A stretch of DNA of 64,000 nt from an uncultured Acidimicrobiaceae bacterium (GTDB taxonomy: Bacteria; Actinomycetota; Acidimicrobiia; Acidimicrobiales; Bog-793), in assembly GCA_963725355.1 (NCBI GenBank), contig CAVRYE010000002.1, forward strand, positions 50,898-114,897. Reading direction: 5' to 3'. Shown piece by piece: positions 1 through 9,699 of the stretch; the stretch's first letter is position 1; every line of letters begins with the position of its first letter. The position numbers and the translations under genes were made by a program. The notes beneath the pieces were generated by a model. It was not told the DNA's origin. It did not search any database and saw nothing but the letters and a program-made list of their open reading frames with translations.

Positions 1-679
1 GCCGGAACTTTCCAGCTTCCCACGGCGACAACAGTGGGCCGCCTTCGAAGGCCTCAAGGACAAGGCTTGTGTCCAGTCCGAGGCGGTGTGCGAGGGCGAG
101 CGAGTTCGCCACACCCTCGGCGCCGAAGGCGAGAAGCGTGTTGTTCACGAGCTTCATCCGGGAACCTGTTCCCACCGGCCCGAGCCAGATCGTGCGTTGT
201 CCGATCGCGGAGAAGACCGGTTCGACCTTGAGGCGCGCTGCTTCGGGTCCTGAAGCAAAGATCGTCAGCCTGCCTTGTTCGGCGGGGACCTTGCTACCTG
301 AGACTGGCGCGTCGAGGAACGAGACGTCGGACCTTCGCTGTTCGACCATCGCGGCGATCGACTCGGTCGCGTTGACGCCGATCGTGCTCATCTGCGCCCA
401 CACCGCCCCCGAGGGCAGGGCTTCCAACATGTCGAGATCGGTGACGATGGAGGCGACCGCCTTGGCGTCGGTGACCATTGTGATGGCGACATCGACCCCT
501 TGAACGGCCGCCGGCGCCGTCGTCGCTGCCTCGGCACCAAGCTCGACAAGAGGCCGAGCCGCTTCGAGATTCCGGTCCCACACGACGGTCGGGATGCCCG
601 CGCGCAGGGCAGAGCTCGCCATCCCCCGGCCCATGGTGCCAAGTCCGAGCACCGCCAGCTTGGTTGTCTGCAGTGTCAT
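1..679 (-). CDS. NAD(P)-dependent beta-hydroxyacid dehydrogenase (3-hydroxyisobutyrate dehydrogenase family); 3' end runs off the window
   Basis: Hand translation of the minus strand from ATG (complement of 677-679) gives MTLQTTKLAVLGLGTMGRGMASSAL...FLDAPVSGS...MKLVNNTLL. It has an N-terminal Rossmann GxGxxG plus the DAPVSG and KLxNN motifs of this family. It is absent from the ORF track because it is open at the window edge. Confidence 0.8.
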   Translation of the reverse strand, partial: MTLQTTKLAVLGLGTMGRGMASSALRAGIPTVVWDRNLEAARPLVELGAEAATTAPAAVQGVDVAITMVTDAKAVASIVTDLDMLEALPSGAVWAQMSTIGVNATESIAAMVEQRRSDVSFLDAPVSGSKVPAEQGRLTIFASGPEAARLKVEPVFSAIGQRTIWLGPVGTGSRMKLVNNTLLAFGAEGVANSLALAHRLGLDTSLVLEAFEGGPLLSPWEAGKFR

Positions 680-935
680 TTGTCGACCCCCCCCGATGAG
701 ACCTCAATATGGCGACGGACTAACCGTCCGGAGGTTCCACCCCTTGGCTCATGGTCGCGCCAGGCCGCACGCTGGACAAGGTCGTCGTAATCTGTGGTGT
801 GGGCAGGCTCGGGATTCGGTCCTCCGCCGCGCGGTGAAATAGCAACGCTCCGCCTCGTCGCCCTGGGCTCCTCTTCGGGTCACGGTCTTTCGATGGCTTT
901 GGGTCGCCTCCCTGGTTAGCAACGTCGGCGCGTGG

Positions 936-2447
936 ATGCAAACCGTCGGCGCCCAGTGGTTGCTCGTGCACGCTGCCAACGCAGCCATCCTCGTGTCGCT
1001 TGTCCAGACCGCGGACATGCTCCCCGACGTGCTGTTCGGCATCGTGGGAGGCGTACTTGCCGACACCCTTGACCGGCGCCGGTTGCTGATCGCGGTGCAA
1101 GGTGGTCTCGCGGTCGCGGGTGCGGCGCTGGCGGCTCTCACTTTGGCTGGGCAGATCTCGCCGGCGTTGCTTTTGCTGTTCACGTTCGTGATCGGATCGG
1201 GCTCTGTCCTGGTCACGCCGGCCTACCAGTCCCTTGTGCCAGAGCTAGTTCCCCGTGGGGACGTACCCGGCGCCGTCCAGCTCAACTCCATCAACGTCAA
1301 CATCGCCCGCGCTGTAGGCCCGGCGATAGCCGGGATTCTGATCGCTCATCTCGGTGTTGGCGCCGTTTTCGCCATCAACGCAGGAACGTTTCTCGTGTAT
1401 GGCATTGTTGTCGCGCTCTGGCGGCCAAGCTCGGACATCACTCCCCAGCTGCCCGAGCGCTTCCTGTCCGCTCTTCGCGCCGGTGGTCGCTACGTCCGCT
1501 ACGCGCCGGTCGTTCGCCGGATCCTGTTCCGCGCGGCACTGTTCCTCGTCCCGGCGAGTGCTCTGTGGGGTCTGCTGCCTCTCGTAGCCAGTCGGCACCT
1601 GGGGCTTGGCTCCGGCGGGTACGGGCTCTTGCTCGGCGCGCTCGGCGTTGGCGCGATTGCCGGGGCGACGGTGCTCTCAAGAGCGCGAGCGCAGCTGTCA
1701 GCCAATGGGCTGGTCGGACTGGCTGGAGCGGTCTTCGGTGCTGTTCTCGTGGTCGTCGCCTTGTTGCACTCCACGATCGGGGTCGTCCTTTTCCTGATCC
1801 CTGCCGGCGTGGCCTGGGTCGGAATGCTCGCGACGATTAACACCTCGCTGCAGCTCTTCCTGCCGGCCTGGGTCCGCGCCAGAGGGCTTTCTGTCTACCA
1901 AATGGTGCTGTTCGGATCACAGGGTCTCGGTGCCCTCGTGTGGGGCGCTCTCGCTGACGAATTCGGACTCACGCTCGCCTTTCTCGTGGCCGCCGGTTTG
2001 TTGGCCGGAGGAGCTGCGTCGATGCGCGTCTGGCCGCTCATCGACACATCCAACATGGACCGAAGCACCGTGGTCCGGCCAGATCCCGTTATTGCGCTAG
2101 AGCAGCCAGACTCGGACACTGGTCCAGTCGTGGTGTGGACGACATACTCGATCCCGGCCGAGAGCGAGAGCGAATTCAAGACCGCAATGAGGCGTGTTCG
2201 AGAGTCGCGTTTACGGACGGGCGCTACCGAATGGGGCCTCTTTCGTAACGGTGAGGAGGCCGGTAGCTTCGAGGAGATCTTCGTCGTCGCCTCCTGGGAC
2301 GAGCATTTGCGTCAGCACCGGGAGCGGCTAACCGCCACCGACCGGGCCTACGAAGACGCAGCAAAAGCGCTCTCCGAGACGCCACCGCGGACATGGCATC
2401 TTCTTCCAGCCGACCTCGAGGTCGAGGAGGACCGAAGTAAGCCTTAG
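936..2447 (+). CDS. MFS transporter (MFS_3 / EntS-like) with a C-terminal ABM-like (dimeric alpha-beta barrel) extension; the true N-terminus probably lies upstream of 936
   Basis: 503-aa ORF that is multi-TM throughout. The in-frame sequence upstream (843-935) encodes PLRVTVFRWLWVASLVSNVGAW, the conserved first TM motif of this family. The C-terminal ~100 aa (VVWTTYSIP...FVVASWDEHLRQH) look ABM-like. Confidence 0.8.
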   Translation: MQTVGAQWLLVHAANAAILVSLVQTADMLPDVLFGIVGGVLADTLDRRRLLIAVQGGLAVAGAALAALTLAGQISPALLLLFTFVIGSGSVLVTPAYQSLVPELVPRGDVPGAVQLNSINVNIARAVGPAIAGILIAHLGVGAVFAINAGTFLVYGIVVALWRPSSDITPQLPERFLSALRAGGRYVRYAPVVRRILFRAALFLVPASALWGLLPLVASRHLGLGSGGYGLLLGALGVGAIAGATVLSRARAQLSANGLVGLAGAVFGAVLVVVALLHSTIGVVLFLIPAGVAWVGMLATINTSLQLFLPAWVRARGLSVYQMVLFGSQGLGALVWGALADEFGLTLAFLVAAGLLAGGAASMRVWPLIDTSNMDRSTVVRPDPVIALEQPDSDTGPVVVWTTYSIPAESESEFKTAMRRVRESRLRTGATEWGLFRNGEEAGSFEEIFVVASWDEHLRQHRERLTATDRAYEDAAKALSETPPRTWHLLPADLEVEEDRSKP

Positions 2448-2958
2448 GGTGATTCCTACCTACAGGGCGGCATAAGCATTCGGGCAGCGTCCCTGTCATG
2501 GCGGCACCTCGGATCACCAGTCTTCACGCGGGCGGCATCGCGCAGCGTCACAGGCAGTCGGCTAGCAAGAGCAAGGATGGCTGCCCTCGCCCGCGCAAGG
2601 GACGGCGCGACGACGATAGCCATCGTGCCGGTGACCCACTACAGCGGTCGATTTAGGAATCAGCTGTGGCTCGCCGGGTGGGAATATCCAAAACACCTGG
2701 GTTGGCGGCCGGGCACCTGGCGGATTTCCTGCGTTTGGCGCGTACCTGGGCTCGAGTGTCTGCAGCGAGGCGGGGCTTGGACAACAGCTTCACTGAGCCC
2801 GCGGTGGGAAGGTCACAGGTGGCCGACGGCGGCAGCGACGGTTCAGACTAGGTCCCTGGTTGAAGGCGCTATTGGCGACCGACAGTCCCGACCGGTAGCG
2901 AACGAGATCTGCCGGGAGCTGCGCCAGTCCTGGCCTGCTGGGCTTGAGCGATACAGGA

Positions 2959-3609
2959 CTAGGAGCCTGCTTGGCGAGGAAGGAGGGCAACACGCTTGGC
3001 AATATTCACGGCATGGTCCCCGAGACGTTCGTAGAACCGGGCGAGAAGGGTGACCTGGGCGGCGACGGCGGTCGGCATCACACCACGCGCCACTTCCCCC
3101 GTTAGGCGTTCGTGAAGGATGTCGATCTCCTCGTCCTCCTCATCGAGGTTGATCACCTGAGGATCGGGGGCGCCGAAGGCGTCGGCTGCCGCCTTCCACA
3201 TCTCGAGCGCGACCTCAGTCATGCGCTGCACTATCCCGCGGCTAAGTGGGCTCATCTCCGCGCCGAGGTTGATGACGGCGCGCTGGGCTATGTGCTCGGC
3301 GAGATCCGCGCTGCGTTCGAGCTCCGGCAGGATCCGGAGAATGCCGATCAGCCTGCGTAGCTCCTCACCGCGCGGTGACTCGGTGTCGACCAGATCCCAG
3401 ACGGCTTGTTCGACCTCCAAGGTGAGTTCGTCGATAAGCCGGTCTCCCTCGATCACCGCGGTGCCAAGTGAGATCTCGCCGCGCAGCAAAGCCTGCGTCG
3501 CTCCGGCGACTGCTTCGGTCACGAGCGCGAACAGACGAGCGACACTGCGATCAATCGGGGATCCCTCAGACGAAACCTGCACCGCAGGAACGATAACCAC
3601 GCGACACAT
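2959..3609 (-). CDS. phoU: phosphate signalling complex protein PhoU
   Basis: 216-aa ORF with two PhoU-type helical repeats (ALLRGEISLGTAVIEGDRLIDEL... and ...FYERLGDHAVNIAKRV). It is divergent from a phosphate transporter. Confidence 0.85.
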   Translation of the reverse strand: MCRVVIVPAVQVSSEGSPIDRSVARLFALVTEAVAGATQALLRGEISLGTAVIEGDRLIDELTLEVEQAVWDLVDTESPRGEELRRLIGILRILPELERSADLAEHIAQRAVINLGAEMSPLSRGIVQRMTEVALEMWKAAADAFGAPDPQVINLDEEDEEIDILHERLTGEVARGVMPTAVAAQVTLLARFYERLGDHAVNIAKRVALLPRQAGS

Positions 3610-3623
3610 GAAATTTCCAAGTT

Positions 3624-3645
3624 GTTCATCTGTCGTTCATGTTGA
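3624..3645 (+). promoter_or_regulatory. PHO-box-like pair of 11-nt direct repeat units (GTTCATCTGTC GTTCATGTTGA); a third GTTCAC unit lies on the opposite strand at 3672-3682
   Basis: Two exactly contiguous 11-nt units, each starting GTTCAT, in the 116-bp phoU / Pi-transporter divergent region. They match the actinobacterial PhoP operator architecture (11-nt direct repeat units, core GTTCAY). Confidence 0.5.
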
Positions 3646-3725
3646 TGTGGCCTAAAAATCACTTTGAGCTGGGAAAGTGAACATCTGGAGTCGGATCCAG
3701 AGGTCACGTCGGATGGAGATCCCCG

Positions 3726-5183
3726 TTGCTGCTCGGCCAGCCTGACAGTCTGAAAGAAGGTTTCGCGGCGCCCGTCTCTGTCAGCGACCTCCTCAACGAG
3801 GCACCGAGGAGCAGGTTCCATCGCAGGGCTGTCCTCATCTCGGGCATGGGATTTTTCACCGATGCCTACGACCTGTTCGTCATCGGAACGGTGTCGGCCA
3901 TCGTGACCACTCAGTGGCACCTCAGTACGACCGAGGCAAGTTGGGTGACGGGCGCGGCTCTTCTGGGTGCTTTTGTCGGAGCCTTCGTGTTCGGCAGGAT
4001 CGCTGACATCCTCGGTCGCAAGAGCGTCTACACCCTGGTGGCCGCAGTCATGATCGTTGGGGCGGTGACATCCGCGTTTGCCTCGGGTTTCCTATGGCTG
4101 GTCGTGGCGCGTTTCGTCCTTGGGCTTGGCATCGGGGGCGACTACCCGGTGTCTGCCGTGCTCATGAGCGAGTACTCCAACCGCAGCGACCGCGGTCGTC
4201 TTGTCGGCATGGTGTTCTCGATGCAGGCGCTCGGCCTCATAGTTGGCCCGCTTGTCGGCTTGGCTCTCTTGTCCTCAGGCGTCTCCCAAGCCCTTAGCTG
4301 GAGGTTGCTGCTCGGCTTCGGAGCGATTCCTGCTGCGACCGTCATATACCTGCGGGCCAAGATGCCTGAGTCGCCAAGGTTCCAGGAACGTGTGCAAGGC
4401 CAGAGCGAGCGCGCTCTGGCCCAGGCGACTGCGTTTTCCGAGGGAGTCCTCGACGCCTCTGCGGTGTCGGTCGAGACCAAGCGCCAGATGAGTCTCAAAG
4501 AGTTCATGTCCAATCCCCGGATGCTGCTCCTTTTGTTGGGCACGGCGGGAAGCTGGTTCCTCTTCGATTACGCCTACTACGGCAACACCTTGTCGTTGCC
4601 GGCGATCCTAAAAGGCGTTGATCCTCATGCAACGCTCGAAGCGAAACTTGCCTGGACCCTTGCGATCTTCGTCGTGTTCGCGGTGCCCGGCTATGCCCTC
4701 GCCGTCTTGCGCATGGACACTATCGGCCACAAGAGGCTGCAGCTGGTCGGCTTCACCGTCATGGCGGTCGCCTTCGTCGCCCTCGGCGCGGTTCCCCGGC
4801 TCACTTCCACGGTTTTGCCTTTCCTTCTTGTCTTCGGTCTCAGCTACTTCTTTGTCGAGTTCGGGCCTAACACGACGACATTCGTCCTCCCGTCTGAGGT
4901 ATTCCCGGTGAACATGCGGACGACTGGCCATGGGATGGCAGCAGGCGTCGGCAAGCTCGGTGCCTTCATCGGTGTGTTCCTTGTGCCGCAGCTGCAACAC
5001 CACATCGGCTTGCGAGGCATGCTCCTCGTCGCCGCAAGCGCCTCGATACTCGGGTTCTCATTGAGTCTCGTACTGCCCGAGCCTGCACGCCGGACCCTCG
5101 AGGACGTGTCAGGAGAGGACAAGGGCGAGTGGTTGAAAGCGAGCGCGAGCACGGCGGCGGCCCCAGTGCCGGCCCCCGAGTAG
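3726..5183 (+). CDS. MFS inorganic phosphate transporter (Pho84/PHS-like phosphate:H+ symporter)
   Basis: 485-aa, 12-TM-type ORF. The N-terminal signature RFHRRAVLISGMGFFTDAYDLFVIG is typical of MFS phosphate transporters. TTG start. Sits next to phoU. Confidence 0.8.
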   Translation: MLLGQPDSLKEGFAAPVSVSDLLNEAPRSRFHRRAVLISGMGFFTDAYDLFVIGTVSAIVTTQWHLSTTEASWVTGAALLGAFVGAFVFGRIADILGRKSVYTLVAAVMIVGAVTSAFASGFLWLVVARFVLGLGIGGDYPVSAVLMSEYSNRSDRGRLVGMVFSMQALGLIVGPLVGLALLSSGVSQALSWRLLLGFGAIPAATVIYLRAKMPESPRFQERVQGQSERALAQATAFSEGVLDASAVSVETKRQMSLKEFMSNPRMLLLLLGTAGSWFLFDYAYYGNTLSLPAILKGVDPHATLEAKLAWTLAIFVVFAVPGYALAVLRMDTIGHKRLQLVGFTVMAVAFVALGAVPRLTSTVLPFLLVFGLSYFFVEFGPNTTTFVLPSEVFPVNMRTTGHGMAAGVGKLGAFIGVFLVPQLQHHIGLRGMLLVAASASILGFSLSLVLPEPARRTLEDVSGEDKGEWLKASASTAAAPVPAPE

Positions 5184-5556
5184 TCCGAGCGTCCCCTTTA
5201 GCGACTGCTACCAGCCAACAACGCGGGCCTCCTAGGGTGCGCTGCTTCCCGCGAGATGTCCAAAGCGGGTCATCGTCACGCAGGCAGGCGGCAGGGCAAC
5301 GAGCTCGGGCGAGCCGGATCAAGCGGTCGCTGGTGCAAGTGTCCCTAGCCGGACTACGTTTCAGCCGCTCTGTACCATGGCACTCCGACCGAGCTAGTGG
5401 CCTAGGACGCTGGAGAGAGAACATGGGCGATCTGATCGCTTTTCCATGCTGGGTGACCGGACGGGAACTGGCCGGCACCCGTAGCAGCACTGGGCAGGAC
5501 ACCCGACATTTATTTGTTGGCGCCGCCTTCGAGGTTCTTCTGCGAGCGCGATCGGA

Positions 5557-7848
5557 GTGAGCACCGACCTCGGTAAGGCGCGCCACTGTCTCGGCGAGAG
5601 TGCTGCGCGTCCCGATGGAGTACCGAAGGTCCGTGGCGAGTTCGCCTTTTCTTCCGACCTTTTCGCGGAGGGAATGCTCTGGGGGCAAATGGTGCGTTCC
5701 CCTCATCCCGCGGCGATCATCCGCGGAATCGACGCATCGGGCGCGCTGGCTGTCCCCGGCGTGCGGGCGGTGATCACCTCTCATGATGTTCCCGGTCGCA
5801 AGACCCATGGGCTCGCTTATCCCGACCAACCCGTCTTCGCCTGGGACGTGGTCCGTTTCATGGGCGAGCCAGTTGCCGCTGTAGCTGCTGACCATCCTGA
5901 GATCGCGCGGCGAGCGGCGGCAGCGATAGTCGTCGACTATCTGCCCACCGAGGCGCTAACCGACCCTGAGAGAGCCGCCGAAGCTGTGGCGATCCATCCG
6001 CTCGGCAACGTGCTCCATCGTCAGAGCGTCCGCACGGGCGACAGCGAGGCCACGGGGGCTGTCGTTGTCGAGGGCCGTTACGAAACAGGCATGCAAGATC
6101 AGGCCCAGATGGGTCCCGAGTCCGCCCTGGCGATCCCGGCTGACGACGGCAGCGTGGATCTCTACATCGCCACCCAGTGGCTCCACATGGACCAGGAACA
6201 GATGGCAGCCTGCCTGGCCCTCCCACTGGACAAGGTCAGGCTGCACTTGGCCGGCGTCGGAGGCTCGTTCGGTGCACGCGAGGACCTGAGCATGCAGGTG
6301 CAGATCTGCCTGCTGGCACTGCGGACAGGGCGACCGGTGAAAATGGTCTACTCCCGCGAGGAGTCATTCCTCGGCCATGTCCATCGGCATCCCGCCGTCA
6401 TGTGGTATCGCCATCAGGCGGATATGGACGGGCGTCTTGTGAAGGTCGAGGCGCGCATACTTCTCGATGGAGGCGCCTACCTGTCCACCTCGGCGGCGGT
6501 AGTGCTGAATGCCGTCTGCCTGGCACCAGGTCCCTACCGAGTCCCAAACGCGTTCGTGGAAGGACTCGCCGTTCGGACGAACAATCCGCCCTGCGGTGCC
6601 ATGCGGGGCTTCGGCTCAGTGCAGGTGTGCTTCGCCCACGAGGCACAGATGGACAAGCTCGCGGCCACGCTAGGGATGGACCGTGTCGAGATAAGGCTCC
6701 GCAATGCGCTCAAGTCCGGCGATGCGCTCATCACCGGCCAGGTGTTGAAGGGCACGGCGCCCGTGGCCGAGGTGATCCGGACTTGCGCCGCCGCGCCCTT
6801 GCCAGCCGGCGGCCCAATGAGCGGGCGAGAGCTTGATCTTCCAGGCGGTGCAGGACGAACTGCTGATCGAAGTCGCATTCGCCGTGGCGTCGGCTTTGCT
6901 GTGAGCCTCAAGAACTTCATGTTCGGAGGTGGCCTCGACGACTACTCAACGGCGCGATGCCGATTGGAGAATGGCGTGGCCACGATCACGTGTGCGGCCG
7001 CCGAGGTGGGACAAGGCTTTGTGACACTGGCCCAGCAGATCGCCCGAGAGGTGCTCGGTGTTGACGAGGTGATCCTCGAGCCCCCAACCACGGTCGGTAT
7101 CGGCTCGGCAGGGTCGAGCTCAGCGAGCCGCCAGGCATGGATGTCCGGCGGCGCTGTTCAAGCGGCTTGTCTCGCTGTCCGCGACCGACTACTCGAATCG
7201 GTCGCGACCACATGCGGCAAAGCGCGAGAAACCCTCGAGATCGTGCCGGGCAGGGTCGTCTCATCTGACGGCGAGATCGAGCTGTCCGTCTCGGAGGCTC
7301 TAGGTGCTCAGGTGCTGGAGGAAACCATTGAGTTTCACCACGCCCCGACCACCGAGCTGGATGACGACGGACACGGTGATCCCTTTGTGTCCTACGCCGC
7401 CGCCGCACACCGTGCGGTTGTCGACGTCGACATCGATCTCGGTCTGGTGCGGGTCGTGGAGATCACTACCTCCCAAGATGTCGGCCGAGTGCTCAACCCG
7501 GTTCAGCTCCTTGGCCAGATCGAAGGTGGCATCGCCCAAGGGGTCGGACTGGCGGTGATGGAGGAGATCGTTCTCGACCACGGCCGTGTGTGCAATCCCT
7601 CCTTCACCGACTATGTCATTCCGACTGCCCTTGACATGTCTCGAGTAAGTATCGCGGCGCTGATACAAGAGCCGGAGCCAGGCTCGCCCTTGGGGGCCAA
7701 GGGCGCGGGGGAGCCCCCGGCCATCTCATCGGTGGCCGCGGTGGTAGCCGCGATCAGAGACGCCACCGGACTAGAGCTTGCAAGGGTGCCCGTTCGTCCT
7801 CAGGACATAGCTCTCGCAAAGCCCATCGGCTCACCAGTGCGTCAGTGA
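5557..7848 (+). CDS. xanthine dehydrogenase / aldehyde oxidase family molybdopterin-binding subunit
   Basis: 763-aa ORF. N-terminal PKVRGEFAFSSDL...MLWGQMVRSPHPAA and later GGSFGARED, CGAMRGFG and GAGEPP motifs are typical of Mo-hydroxylase large subunits. Confidence 0.85.
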   Translation: MSTDLGKARHCLGESAARPDGVPKVRGEFAFSSDLFAEGMLWGQMVRSPHPAAIIRGIDASGALAVPGVRAVITSHDVPGRKTHGLAYPDQPVFAWDVVRFMGEPVAAVAADHPEIARRAAAAIVVDYLPTEALTDPERAAEAVAIHPLGNVLHRQSVRTGDSEATGAVVVEGRYETGMQDQAQMGPESALAIPADDGSVDLYIATQWLHMDQEQMAACLALPLDKVRLHLAGVGGSFGAREDLSMQVQICLLALRTGRPVKMVYSREESFLGHVHRHPAVMWYRHQADMDGRLVKVEARILLDGGAYLSTSAAVVLNAVCLAPGPYRVPNAFVEGLAVRTNNPPCGAMRGFGSVQVCFAHEAQMDKLAATLGMDRVEIRLRNALKSGDALITGQVLKGTAPVAEVIRTCAAAPLPAGGPMSGRELDLPGGAGRTADRSRIRRGVGFAVSLKNFMFGGGLDDYSTARCRLENGVATITCAAAEVGQGFVTLAQQIAREVLGVDEVILEPPTTVGIGSAGSSSASRQAWMSGGAVQAACLAVRDRLLESVATTCGKARETLEIVPGRVVSSDGEIELSVSEALGAQVLEETIEFHHAPTTELDDDGHGDPFVSYAAAAHRAVVDVDIDLGLVRVVEITTSQDVGRVLNPVQLLGQIEGGIAQGVGLAVMEEIVLDHGRVCNPSFTDYVIPTALDMSRVSIAALIQEPEPGSPLGAKGAGEPPAISSVAAVVAAIRDATGLELARVPVRPQDIALAKPIGSPVRQ

Positions 7849-7895
7849 CATCGCTCGGGCCGATGAGTTCGTCTTGTCAAGCGACACGACCAGTG

Positions 7896-8924
7896 TCAGA
7901 CAGGATCGACCCATGGCTCACCTCGGTCGCTGACCTGACCGGTCCATCGCGTCCCGTTCCAGTAGTGGAGCCGCCCGCTGCTCGGAGGTGACTGCGGGTC
8001 CGCGTACCATCCAGGCGGCGGGAGCGGCTCGGGCTGGTTCGGGGGCGACCAAATCGGGCCCTTGTAATCCGATTGGCCGGTCGCCGGCAAAGGAGCTTGC
8101 CAAGGGCTAGCCGGAAAGACTTTCTCGGCCTTCGAGTGACGTCGCCTGGTGGCACCGAAAATGGCCACGATGATTCCGAACAGGATCACCAGCGAGTACT
8201 TGTCAGTTTCGGCGTTGGAGTCAGTTGAGTCCGCCATCGCCGAGTGCTCGTTGCCGACGAAGGAGGAGAAGGCTGCCGTGTCCAGGTTTGGCCCGTAGGC
8301 GGTCATTGTCACCAGCGAGACGATCTCGCCCCGACTGAAGCCGGCCATGCTGAGCTGTACCGGGACCCCACCGTCGTTCGTCCGCCCGCTCCACAGGTAA
8401 CCGAAGGCTCCCGGGATGGCGATCGGGAGAGACCTAGAACTGGTGAAGGTGACGGTCGCTGTGTCGAACAGGCTCGGATCGCTGTTGCGCGAACGCAGCT
8501 CGAGGACTTCATCGGCAGCAGCCCCGGGGCTCACGTGCTGCTGCAGGCAGACGACGGCCTCTACCTGAGAGCTCTGATCCCACCAAACCTTCCAATAGGC
8601 CGGCTGTTCGCCGGTCTTGATCCCGAAGTGCGTCACGCCTACGGGAGTGAGAAAGACAGTGGGCGTGACAGGGACCTGAGTCTTCGACACGAGGCCTGAG
8701 CTGAGGAGAAGCCGGGTTGGGTTTTCTCCTCCGCCTCCGACAGCAGTCGCGATCATCCCTGGTGCCGGCGAGCTCACTACATAGTGCGAGAGGTCTATTT
8801 TGGTCAGGCCGAAGATGTTTCCCATTAGTCCCCCGACGACCAGGGCGAGGCCGATCCCGATCAGGGACCAGCGTTTGCTGTTAGCCATTAGGGCCGACCA
8901 AGCCTGGCGGAGGACTGCAGCCAA
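7896..8924 (-). CDS. membrane protein with C-terminal DUF2510-like motif
   Basis: 342-aa ORF with an N-terminal TM (WSLIGIGLALVVGGLMG), a second TM (YSLVILFGIIVAIFG), a Pro-rich tail and a terminal GWYADP...HYWNGTRWTG motif. Confidence 0.65.
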   Translation of the reverse strand: MAAVLRQAWSALMANSKRWSLIGIGLALVVGGLMGNIFGLTKIDLSHYVVSSPAPGMIATAVGGGGENPTRLLLSSGLVSKTQVPVTPTVFLTPVGVTHFGIKTGEQPAYWKVWWDQSSQVEAVVCLQQHVSPGAAADEVLELRSRNSDPSLFDTATVTFTSSRSLPIAIPGAFGYLWSGRTNDGGVPVQLSMAGFSRGEIVSLVTMTAYGPNLDTAAFSSFVGNEHSAMADSTDSNAETDKYSLVILFGIIVAIFGATRRRHSKAEKVFPASPWQAPLPATGQSDYKGPIWSPPNQPEPLPPPGWYADPQSPPSSGRLHYWNGTRWTGQVSDRGEPWVDPV

Positions 8925-9247
8925 CAGTGAGAAGCTGACTCTTTCTGCTTGGCAACAGGGCAGGGCAATGCACAGTTAAATGGGCCCTCTCCTGGGAGCC
9001 GTCTCCACCAGGACCGGGCATGGCTGCCACACACCGCATGCTAGGCATATCGGCTTGCTCGAGACGGGGTTAAGGCCGTCCTGCGTAGCGGCTTGTAGGC
9101 CGTGTGGCCCTTGAGGGGACCCACTTTGGCAACTATCTCCTAGGGTCTTTAGGCCCTACCGGGTACGCGTGGCGATCCTTACTCTGCTCCTGACGAGGAA
9201 GGGGGGACTGACCGCTGCGCTTTTTTCTTGACGACTTTGCTGAGGTC

Positions 9248-9699
9248 TTGCGACCCTTCGAACAGGTGCGTGGTCGTTTTCTCAGCGACGCCAGCTGGTT
9301 CGCTCCGCTCGCCTCCGCAGCCGAGAAGGATGGCGAAGATCTCTATCTCCGCATCGGGCCGTCGTGGGCGAGTGGGCGGGCAAGCCGCACTGTCCGTGTG
9401 ACGCTCGGCCAGCCCCATGAGCGGGGGACGCTCTCGTCATTCCACTGGCTTGGAGATCGTGTGAGCTGCCCACGCTGTTCCCGTCGCTCGACGGCGACTT
9501 GGAGCTAGCACCGATCGACGCTGACCGGTGCCGGATCACGCTATCTGCTTCGTATTTCCCACCTTTTGGCTCTCTCGGGGGCCAATTGGACCGGGCAGTG
9601 CTGCACCGCGTCGCCAGGTCGACAGCCCGTTCGTTCCTGGCGAGGCTCGCGAAGATTCTCGAGGAGGGCGTGGCGGGACCCGGCGGAGGGGAGACTTGA
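9248..9699 (+). pseudogene. conserved hypothetical protein split into two overlapping ORFs by a 1-nt frame change in a G5 run (9423-9427)
   Basis: ORF 9248-9508 ends ...VRVTLGQPHERG. The other frame continues DALVIPLAWRSCELPTLFPSLDGDLELAPIDADRCRITLSASYFPPFG... (ORF 9499-9699). The joined product reads as one coherent ~150-aa protein. Confidence 0.55.

Noticed and set aside
2448-2958. ORF 2577-3053 (158 aa) and other short ORFs in the 510-bp gap downstream of the MFS gene.
   Set aside because: The translation is Trp/Arg-rich with no motif and overlaps the phoU 3' end. I could not recognise a decayed gene in any frame, so the gap stays unannotated.
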